NCBI RefSeq assembly: GCF_009914755.1 | Contig: NC_060927.1 | Strand: one strand, 5' to 3' | DNA length: 64,000 bases | From: the human T2T-CHM13v2.0 reference genome, Homo sapiens | Shown here: positions 53,578-64,000 of the stretch, in pieces | Numbering within the stretch: position 1 is the first letter of the stretch | Layout: every line of letters starts with the position of its first letter | Position numbers and translations under genes: made by a program | Notes under the pieces: model-generated | Seen by the model: the letters and a program-made list of their open reading frames with translations, nothing else | Told to the model about the DNA's origin: nothing | Databases searched by the model: none

Positions 53578-53814
53578 AGAATTATAATGTGTTTCAACAA
53601 AGGCAGCCATGGCTTTGATAATGTCCTCATGGATATGAAGACCATATTCAGAGATTTCGGGCCAGATTTCAAGAGGAATCGCCTGGCCGAGCCTTTTAAC
53701 AGCATCCACATCTACCCATTCGTGTGTAAGCTCCTGGGAGTCACCCCCAAACCCACAACGGCTCCCTGGCAGTCACCCAGGAAATGCTCATGAGCTCTTA
53801 CGACCAGCAGCCAG
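53578..53814 (+). pseudogene. ENPP7-like pseudogene, exon 4 equivalent
   Basis: TTTTCAG| and CAG|GTGAGA; RIIMCFNKGSHGFDNVLMDMKTIFRDFGPDFK..PFNSIHIYPFVCKLLGVTP, then a 1-nt frameshift before NGSLAVTQEML. Confidence 0.93.
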
Positions 53815-54630
53815 GTGAGACACAAAAGCAGCTGCCAGAAAACTGTCAGCAGAGTCTGCTCTGTCCTGAGATAGAAAAGAATCAAAAAGTGGTCTCATGG
53901 TGGGGAGGAGGGAATTCAAGCAGAACAATCCTGTTTCCCAGCAGCTTTGGAGCCCCAGGAACAAGATTCCAATAGCTCCAAACAGATAGCACGGGAGGTA
54001 GGGAATCCCTCGACCTGCTGGTAACATTTGACATAGTGCCTTTTAGGCAAAGGGAAGTTGCTCTATAGAGAAAGTCGGGCTGTAATCCTTCCGGTCCTAA
54101 GGAAATCACTGTGTACAGACTGCCCCCAAGATGCCCCTTCCAGATACGGAAATCTGCCCTCCTTCAATAGCACAGAAAGCTCTTCATAGTGGAGGAGCAA
54201 AACCCTGCTGTTCACTCGATGCTGAAAAAAGGAGAGGGGAGAGTCTGAAACGAGACTGCAAATTCTCAAGACTTCAAACCCCTTCAATCTGGGTAATACA
54301 AAGGAAGAATAAAATCATCTCAGAATTTGCTGTTGCCTTCTTTTGTGGGTTGTTTACAAACACTGGCTATCTTTCCTTTTCCCAGGAGAGACTTGGATAC
54401 TGTCCAGTGATCTAACGAGCACTTAAAGCAATTACATGCAAAAAGGAGTAATGGCCTGGGCACCGTGGTTCATACTTGGGACTTTGGGAGGATGAGGTAG
54501 GAGGATCACTTGGGGCCAGGAGCTTGAGACCAGCCTGGGCAACATAGTGAGACCCTGTCTCTACAATAAATTAGCTGGATGTAGTGTCACATGCCTGTAG
54601 CCCCAGCTACTGGGGAGGCTGAGGCGGGAG

Positions 54631-54710
54631 GATCGCTGGAACCCAGGAGTTTGATCGCTGGAACCCAGGAGTTTGATCGCTGGAACCCAGGAGGATCGCT
54701 GGAACCCAGG
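54631..54710 (+). repeat. 4-copy tandem repeat inside an AluJ (54452-54780)
   Basis: GATCGCTGGAACCCAGG(AG)(TTT) at 54631, 54653, 54675, 54694. Confidence 0.95.
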
Positions 54711-55282
54711 CTGCAGTGAGCTGTGATTGTACTATGGCACTCCGATTCCTGCCTTAAAAAAAAAAAAAAAAGGAAAAGAAGGGAGGGCAGGGGTGATATA
54801 CATCCTTTCTCTTCTTGTAAGCCACTGCCCATGATCTCCTTGTGAACATACAGAAAGCAGTCCCTTTTGTAGAAAACTAATTAAATGAATGACCAATTCA
54901 CCAAATTATGGAGGATTTTTCTTCTTTTTAAGTTTTGGAGTTTTGCTACAACTATTTTGTAGCCCCTCCCCTGTCCCACATCCCACTGGGAGCCTGGGAT
55001 AATCTGCGTCTGACTGTCAGTTACTGATAAGCAGGACATCCCACAAACAGATTTTCAGCGAATTGGCTTTCAGCAAACTGATCATTTGGCAAAGTGGTCA
55101 TTAGGCAAATGGGTCATTTGGCGAAGAGGTCATTTAGTAAATCGGCTTTCAACGACTTCCCCTATGAGATTTCTCTAGAGTGAGCATTTTCTTGGGTTAA
55201 ATGTACACTTCATTTCCATAATTAATACTCACTAGCGGCTAGATGGGAACAGACAATTAAAAACCCTCTGGTTTCTTAACAG

Positions 55283-55410
55283 GAGCGGAGGTGCAGAGGG
55301 CATCTGCTCTGCAAGGCGCAGTGATCAGGCTCAGCATTGTCACAGGAGCTCTTGCGGTTCTGTTTGTTACTAGTGTGACATACACAGCAATTCAATGGAA
55401 AAAGGACTGA
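55283..55410 (+). pseudogene. Candidate terminal exon of the ENPP7-like gene (C-terminal membrane anchor)
   Basis: TTTCTTAACAG| acceptor, phase 1 matching exon 4; (G)AEVQRASALQGAVIRLSIVTGALAVLFVTSVTYTAIQWKKD*: hydrophobic segment followed by basic residues. Confidence 0.6.
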
Positions 55411-55791
55411 GTGGTCTTTGAGTCTCCCGTAGTTGATCATCATATGTCTTGATAACCCATGACAACTCCTTGCCACATGCCACGGGAGGTCCAGCACTCC
55501 AAGAGCCCAGCAGCCAGGGCCGGATTCATGGGCTTGCAACCTGGACAGTCCCACAGGGACACAGAAGAGTCCCCACTGTGGTTTAATAATCTGCCATCAC
55601 CATCTTGAAATTCTTTATTTTTTAACAAGGGTGGCCAGGGATAGTGGCTCATGCCTGTAATCCTAGCACTTTGGGAGGCCAAGGCAGGCAGATGGCTTGA
55701 GCCCAAGGAGTTTGAGACCAGCCTGGGCCACATAGCAAGACCCCATCTCTACAGAAAATATAAAAATTAGCCAAGCGTGTAGTCCCAGCTA

Positions 55792-55974
<183 letters not shown>

Positions 55975-55977
55975 TCA

Positions 55978-56940
<963 letters not shown>

Positions 56941-58430
56941 CAATTTTTTCCCTGACTCAATTGTTTTTGAGTCAGGGCCTCACCCTATCACCCAGGCTGG
57001 AGTACAGTTATGTCATTATAGCTCACTGCAGCCTCAAACTCCTGGGCTCAAGGGATCCCCTGACCTCAGCCTTCCAAGTGGCTGAGACTACAGGAGCACA
57101 CCACCATGCCCAACTATTTTTTTTTGTACAGATTAGGTCTCACTCTGTTGACCAGGCTGCTCTCCTGACCTCAAGTGATCCTCTTGCCTTGGCCTCCCAA
57201 AGCACTGAGATTATAGGCGTTATCCCGTGCCTGGCCCTCTTTCTACACCTCAATCATTGTATCATTAGCCTGAGCTGCCCATATTCCTTATTCTGCCCAT
57301 CCCTGACCGATCTCCTCCTTTAACATAACTTCCATCTCAATATTATGGGGCCTGCTGGGCACTGCAAACAGCCTAAGGAAAGCAGAAACTTTACTTAACC
57401 TTAAATTCTATTACAAAGTCCACATTGAACGTAATTTATATTTGAACTATAAAATTTTCTGTAAGTTGAAACATGACCTATAAAGGTCCCTACACCCTGA
57501 AGCAACGTTTTAGAAAGAAATCAATTGGTCCTTTTCTGCAGAAACCATTAACCATAGGAGAGATAAAGGAAAAACTTCAATGTACTGACTGAACTTCCAT
57601 GCCCATAGCTTAATTTCTAAAAGGCAACCATTCCATACTGTTAAACTGCCTTAGGTTGTTATTACTGTTATTAAAGAGACCCTCAAAGCCAGAAATTGAA
57701 TCTTGACTGTAGTTCTTGCACGTATACGCACACTCTTGCAACTGAAACCATTCAGATTGTCCTAATGCTCTTCCCCATAGTAACACCACCTGGAATTTTA
57801 CGTTTGGTTTTAAGCATCAGTCCTAATCTTCACTTGCACCTGAACACACTGCACCTGTGAGAGCCACGTGACATTAAAAAAAATCCCTTCAGTGAGGCCG
57901 GGCATGGTGGCTCACGCCTGTAATCCCAGCCCTTTGGGAGGCCAAGGCAGATGGATCATGAGGTCAAGAGATTGAGACACTCCTGGCCAACATGGTGAAA
58001 CCCTGTCTCTACTAAAAAATACAAAAATTAGCTGGGCGTGGTGACGCGTGGCTGTAGTCCCAGCTACTCGGGAGGTTGAGGCAGGAGAATCGCTTGAGCC
58101 TGGGAGGCAGAAGTTGCAGGAGCCGAGATCATGCCACTGCACTCCAGCCTGGCAACAGAGGGAGACTCTCTGAAACAAAAAAATCCCTTCAGTGCCTTGA
58201 TCCTTCCAGATTCAGATCCAAGATAGATGACATTTGGCCCTCATCCGAGCCCGCACACCAAAATAAAGATTTCTTCTGGCCGGGCGTGGTGGTTCATGCC
58301 TGTAATCCCAGCACTTTGGGAGGCAGAGGCGGGCGGATCACCTGAGGTCAGGTATTTGAGACCAGCCTGGCCAACGTGTTCAAACCCTGTCTCCACTAAA
58401 AATACAAACATGGCCCGGCATGGTGGCTCA

Positions 58431-58631
<201 letters not shown>

Positions 58632-59929
58632 CTAGGGTCCTTCCTCAATCCGCTTCCAATCTATGGAATCAGGAAAGACTGAACCAACCTAGATTTATTA
58701 ATATTTTAGTATAACATAATACAGTGTTACTTATTATAGCATTGACCGTATATGCCCTTTTGCTCCTTGGAGGAAAGGCAATTAATAGCTATTATGTGAG
58801 TTAATAAAATAAGCCCAGGATTTATGAGTGTAACTAACCTGTTCCCATTGGTTTTCCTTGTCTCCTGCGGGCAGAGAGCTGATCAAAACAGCAAAAGCAA
58901 AGCAGTGCCCTTGGCCCAGTTCTGAAGCCAACCTTCCTTAACCACCCAGACCCATCCCCGGTTAGGACTTGCTGTGGATTCTCAGGTGACTCCATCTGAG
59001 GATACAGGGACTGAGAGGGTGTATGCAATATCTCAGACCCAGAAACTGTTGATTCTGTCTAAAAACACAGCAATAACCACATCCCACCCTCTTGATTTCA
59101 ATGAAAGTGTTTGGCGGAATAAAAGATGAACCTTTTTTTTTCTTTGTCAGATCTTGCGCTCATTTGGTTCTGGTGGGGAACAACAGCTGTGAGAGAACAA
59201 GTGTATTCAATTAGAATTAATTCCCCCTCTTATTCTCACGGCTGAGCAGGGCTCAAGTGCCTCTCATCTGAAAGAGGTAATAAGATTTAATCTGTCTCCT
59301 CATCTACCTTCTGCAAGTATACTTAACAAATTAGCTCTCGGGACTCTTCCAAATGGAGTTTTATGAGGGATTTGCTAAGGTAAACGTTTTAGACTTTGAA
59401 CACAATTCAGATTTCAGGGGCAGTACTGAAATCTGAACCGTGTCGCTAACTGCCCTGCCTTTCAACTCAAGACACAATAACTTTGAACTAAAATAATTAT
59501 ATTTTTGTTGTTTTCCACTCTGTCCCCACGTCTATATCACCACCACCCCCAATCCCGCCCCCCAGGAGCTAACTCCTCCTTCCTGTCCCTGCAAGATCAA
59601 AACTCCTCCTGGAAGCCCTGCTAGCTCTGTCTGCTCGCCTTCGTGGCAGATATTGCTATTGTACTTTCATGCTCATTTGTGTGGTAAGTACTTCAATGTC
59701 CACTTCTTCCACGAGCCCCTGAGCCCCTGGAGGGCCTGGACCACACCTAGTTTTTCTCACTGTTACACCTCCCTTGCCAGACACATGGTAGGCGCTTAAT
59801 AAGTATTTGGTGAACGGATGGCTTGTTTGGTGACAGTCCAAAGGCTGGGGGACAGACAGAAAGCTCCCTCCTATCGGGCCCCAGACGGGTGGCGCTGATG
59901 GAGAGGAGGCTAGGATAACGCCTCCAGGA

Positions 59930-61520
59930 CCGAAGCGCGCACCCGTAAGGCCCCTGCCAAAAAGACCTTCCTGAAGGCGGAGGAACTGCGAGTGCCTACG
60001 TTGGCCCAAGGCCTGACACTACGATCCCGGGGACCCTCGCCCTAACCGGCCCCACCTCCCGGGCCCCAAACCTGGACTCGGCCCCGCCCGAAGCTCCGGA
60101 TCCTGGGGCCCGCCGCTGGCCCCGCGTCGGCAGACCGTGGGCTCGCTCCTGGGCCTGCCTCAAACCCTCCGCAGGTAACGCCTCCCGAACTTGAGCCACA
60201 CTCCAATCCCCTCCTCAAACCCCTCCCCGTTTCTCACACCCTGGACCCCTCGCTCCGTCTCGGCCCCGCCCCAAGCCCAGCTCCCTCTCGGCCCCTGAGC
60301 CCAGCCCCGATCCGCCTCCCAGTCCCTTGGTCCCTGCCAACACCGGACCCTCCCTAAGCTCCGCCTCCCAGGGCCCGCCTCCTGAGCGCAGCCCGCAGCC
60401 TAGACTCGGCCCCGCCTCCCGGACCCTGGGCCCCTCCCCACGTCGGCCTGTCCTAAGATCCGCCTCCCAGAGTTCGAGCAGTGCCTGGCAACGTGCTACG
60501 ACATAGTCAACGCCCCGCCCTGGCCCCGCCTCCTGAGCCCTTCTCTGGGTCTGGCCTTAGCCCCGCCCTAAGACCTGTCTCCTGGGCTCTGCTCCGACTC
60601 TCGCCTCCTGAACCCAATCATCGTTTACCCCCACCCTAACGCCCGCCTCCAGGACTCTTATCCTGCCCCCACGCAAGGCCCCGCCTCCAGGACGCCTCCA
60701 ACCTGGACGCTTCCGAAGCCCCGCTTCCAGGATCGCCCTGTCCTGGCCCCGCCCCAGGACCCGCCAACCTGAACTCTCCCCAGGACCTGCCCCAACGACG
60801 CTTATCCTGGCCCTACCCCAGGCCTCGCCCTCATGACGCTCATCCTGGCCCCACCCCAAGCCCCCGCCTCATAACGCTCATCCTGGCCCCGCCCTAGAGC
60901 CGCCCCCACGACTCTCCTCCTGACCCTACCCGCAGGCCCCGCCCCCTCTCTGCCCCCGCGCACTGCCCTGGGCCCGCCCCCTCTTCAGTCCAGGCCCGGC
61001 TTCCGCACGGTCTCCCGGCAACACTGCGGCCCCGCCCACGTCATGGCGCCCGAGGAGAACGCTGGGACCTAACTCTTGCTGCAGAGTTTGGAGCGCCGCT
61101 TTCTGGCGGCGCGCGCGCTGCGCTCCTTCCCCTGGCAGGTGGGCGGCGGGGCGAGCGGAGAGGCCCGCAGGGCTCGCGGGAGTCCAGGGGCAGACGGGAT
61201 GGGTCTCCGTGCAGAAGCCCCCGACACGCCCGCCACGTGAGTGCCTGGGCTCCCGCCAGTCAGGTCCGCGCGACCCGGTCCCCATCCCTGGGGCTTGGCC
61301 AGAGTCGCTCACACCCTTCCTGCCCCGCGGGCTGGCGGCATAAGCTGGGGGCCTCTCCACCGTCTTAGGGGGCAGAGGCGCACTCGTTGTGGGATACAGT
61401 TCACGATCATTTTCACGACTTTTTAAAGGCAGTAATCGTTCTGGTCACTGGGACACAGCTGCCCTCGCCCATTCTAAAAAGTCAGCGCCCTCAGGACCGC
61501 GGGTAACCACGTCCTCCTGA
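59930..61520. promoter_or_regulatory. CpG-island promoter of the FAM86 paralog with an array of ~20 same-strand GC boxes
   Basis: High GC and CpG density; repeated (GG)CCCCGCC(C/TCC) motifs 60080-61040. Confidence 0.9.
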
Positions 61521-63345
61521 GCGCGGTGACCAGGTCACAGGCTGTCCCCTCGTGCCTCAGTGTTCTCATCTGTATGTTGAGAACTGCACAGAATCGGCTC
61601 ATGCTCTGAGGCTCTCACACCTGTGATGGAAGAGACAGAGAAGGGGGTGGCCTCTCGTCTCCCTGGGGACCTACCATTCTCAGCACAGGCACATGGCAGG
61701 CAGCAGCCTCCCTTCTGCCAGTAGAGGGGCTTAATGCACCCGGCCCCATTTGTAATTCATGTGCAGTGAGCTCACTGGGATGAGTCAGTTTGGATATATA
61801 TTCCTCCCTGGAATTTTATGGGGTGTTGCTTAATCATTTGCGTTATTCCATTGATATGAAATATTTAGCACTCAGAGATCATTTCTGGTCAGGAGAAATT
61901 TGTGCATTTTTAACCCAAAATAGAAACCTTCATAAAAGCATCATAGGTCTCCATTCAATATTGGCTATAATTGTTCACATGCCCACGCTGAATGCTAACT
62001 TGGGCTCACCCTCAACACCCATGAGGTGGGTACTATTATTATCACTCACATTTGACCAGAGGGATTGTTTGATTAGGGTGCAGTAGTTGAGAGTTCAGAC
62101 CCAGGAGACAGCCTGCCTGCTTCAAATCCTGTCCCAACCCCTGGCCCTGTGTGACCTTGGGCAAGTGACTACATCTCTCTGTGCTGTTGTTTTCTTATTA
62201 ATAAAATGGGGGATATAATGATACCTACCTCTTAGGGTTGTTGTCAGGGTTGAGTACAAAAGCCTGTGGATCAGTGCCTGGCTCATGGTAAATGCATGTC
62301 GGTGTTAGCTAGTGTTTTTATTCAGTCTCAAAATGTTTAATAAATGCCTTCCGTGAGCCAGGCACCATGGATCAGCAGTACCCATGACAGATGAGGCTCT
62401 GCTTGCATGGGAGAGCCAGAGAATAAACAAATAAATAAATAAACAAGAAAAGACCAGATGAGAGTGGCTTTAAAGCCAATAAAACAGGGAAATGGTGAAT
62501 GGAGCAACTGGGGAGAAAAGTCACCAAAGTCGGGGAATCAGGGAAGCCTTCCCCAAAGAGGTGGCTTTTGAACTGGGGCCTGAGTGGTGAAGCAGCCAGC
62601 CATGGGAAGGGCTTGGGGAACAGGATATGCAAAGGCCCTGTGGTGGAAACAAGCCAGCTGTGGTTGAGGAACAACAGCAAGGCAGCCAGTGTGGCTGGAG
62701 TGGAGTGAGCAGTGTGGGCCAGGGGTGAGGGAGAACAGGCCAGAGAGAGGGATTAGGACCAGGTCTTGTAAGGCCTTTTACAGCATGGAAGGAGCTCTGA
62801 AGCAATGAAGTGCCTTGCCCTGTGTCACATACCAGCTGAGACAGTCTGCCTAACTCGGGAACCAAAGTTTGCTGCTGGGCTTGAGGCCCCTGTGAGAGGA
62901 CAATGTAACCCAGGCTGGTATGGGCACATTCTGCATTTCCACTTAAACTCAGATGGCAAGCCCATCAAACCTTGGTGCCATGGCTGCCCTGTTAATTCCT
63001 GGCTGACCAGTGCAACCAGGGAGCTGGCCCATGACCCAGGTGGCCGCTAAGTAGCCAGGACTAATGTGGCCAAGAGTCAGTCTTCTAGCCTTCTTCCTGT
63101 GACTCATCCAGGTGCACCCTGTGACATCTGAAGGTCAGGCTTTCAGCTGCTGTGGCTTCCACTTCCAACTGGCTCCACGTCCCCAGGGAGAGATCACACA
63201 GCGCTTTGCCAACACATTCTATTGCGTGTTTAATGTTCCTGTGAATGCGCCCTTGAGATTTCTCTCTCTCCCGTCCACACAGAGCTTAGAAGCAAAATTA
63301 ACAGACTCATCAGATTCTGAGCTTCTGCGGGATATTTTGCAGAAG
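61043..63345 (+). pseudogene. FAM86JP: FAM86/EEF2KMT-paralog pseudogene, exon 1 (61043-61138) and exon 2 (63283-63345); continues beyond the window
   Basis: MAPEENAGT*LLLQSLERRFLAARALRSFPWQ|GT and AG|SLEAKLTDSSDSELLRDILQK|GTAAG match the EEF2KMT N-terminus; TAA at codon 10 (61070-61072). Paralog name inferred from context. Confidence 0.88.
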
Positions 63346-64000
63346 GTAAGAATCCCAGAGTCCCTGGGACTCATGACCCTGTCTCCTGAATCTCTCCGGA
63401 AGACCTGAGAGAAGAACCACAGGTGTGCTTGTACCCTTTAAAAACACCCCTGTTCAAAGAACATTGAACATTGAGTCAGCACTGCAGGTGGGTGTTGGCA
63501 CCTCTGACAGCTCCAGCTCTTTCATTTTCTATCTAAGACTTAGACAAAGACATCAGAATATACAAAAATCTGCATGAGAGGGGGAAATCTAAGGAAAGTT
63601 TTTTAAACCATCCACAGCAAAAACAGAGATGACAGGTGCAAAACAGCTTCTAGCATTTGGTAGATGCTCAGAGACTTTCTTTTTTGCATTCATGAGGCCT
63701 GTCCTGCCCACTCCTGTCTCTTCTAGACCTAAATGGGCCCTTACTTTGCCCAGGGTGGGGTTTGGACTCAAGAGCATCTGCATGCAGGTGAGAGGCAGGA
63801 TCACCACCAGGCCCAGCCACAGCCTGACCTTGGCCTTGAGGGCCAAGTGCAGATCACCCTGCATCCTGGGTCTTCACCTGTGAAGGGCCATGAGCCCTTC
63901 TGAAAAGACAAAGCAGTAGACTCCGTCCCAGAAAGAAGTGCACCAGAAGAATACATTTTCCATACAAACTCTGGAGGCAGACATTCTCCACCCCCACCCA

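Noticed and set aside
54386-54426. Good acceptor (CTTTCCTTTTCCCAG) as an extra ENPP7-like exon
   Set aside because: Hits a stop within 14 codons, with no clear donor or homology; cannot be supported.
60557-61360. Gly/Arg/Pro-rich minus-strand ORFs in the CpG island
   Set aside because: Expected from stop-poor GC-rich sequence; no domain evidence.

Overview
Primate (most likely human) genomic DNA, not microbial. The window is Alu-rich and belongs to the FAM86/ENPP7P segmental-duplication family. The combination of a hypermutated type-2 HERV-K(HML-2) provirus, an ENPP7-like pseudogene and a FAM86 pseudogene ~26 kb downstream matches my recollection of human 3q21.2 (HERV-K(I)/ERVK-4, ENPP7P4, FAM86JP); this is unverified. 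Main contents: (1) a 5.75-kb HERV-H provirus (8297-14046); (2) a 9.14-kb HML-2 provirus (34822-43963); (3) four phase-consistent exons of a dead, diverged ENPP7-like gene (27490-55410), with the HML-2 in intron 2 in sense orientation; (4) the CpG-island promoter and exons 1-2 of a FAM86 (EEF2KMT paralog) pseudogene; (5) nested LTR27, MER66 and LTR12C elements, L1 3' ends, MaLRs, hAT MITEs and about 50 Alus. The HML-2 provirus is the most unusual object. It carries an APOBEC3G GG>AG scar with at least 15 Trp>stop codons. Both 804-bp LTRs share a ~156-bp deletion between direct repeats that removes AATAAA/R/U5, and extra G>A edits are confined to the 3' LTR. A complete 105-codon Rec ORF survives, and its splice donor is in frame with the downstream ENPP7-like exon. 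No intact host protein-coding gene is present. Repeat-family names and consensus comparisons are from memory and need Dfam/RepeatMasker confirmation.
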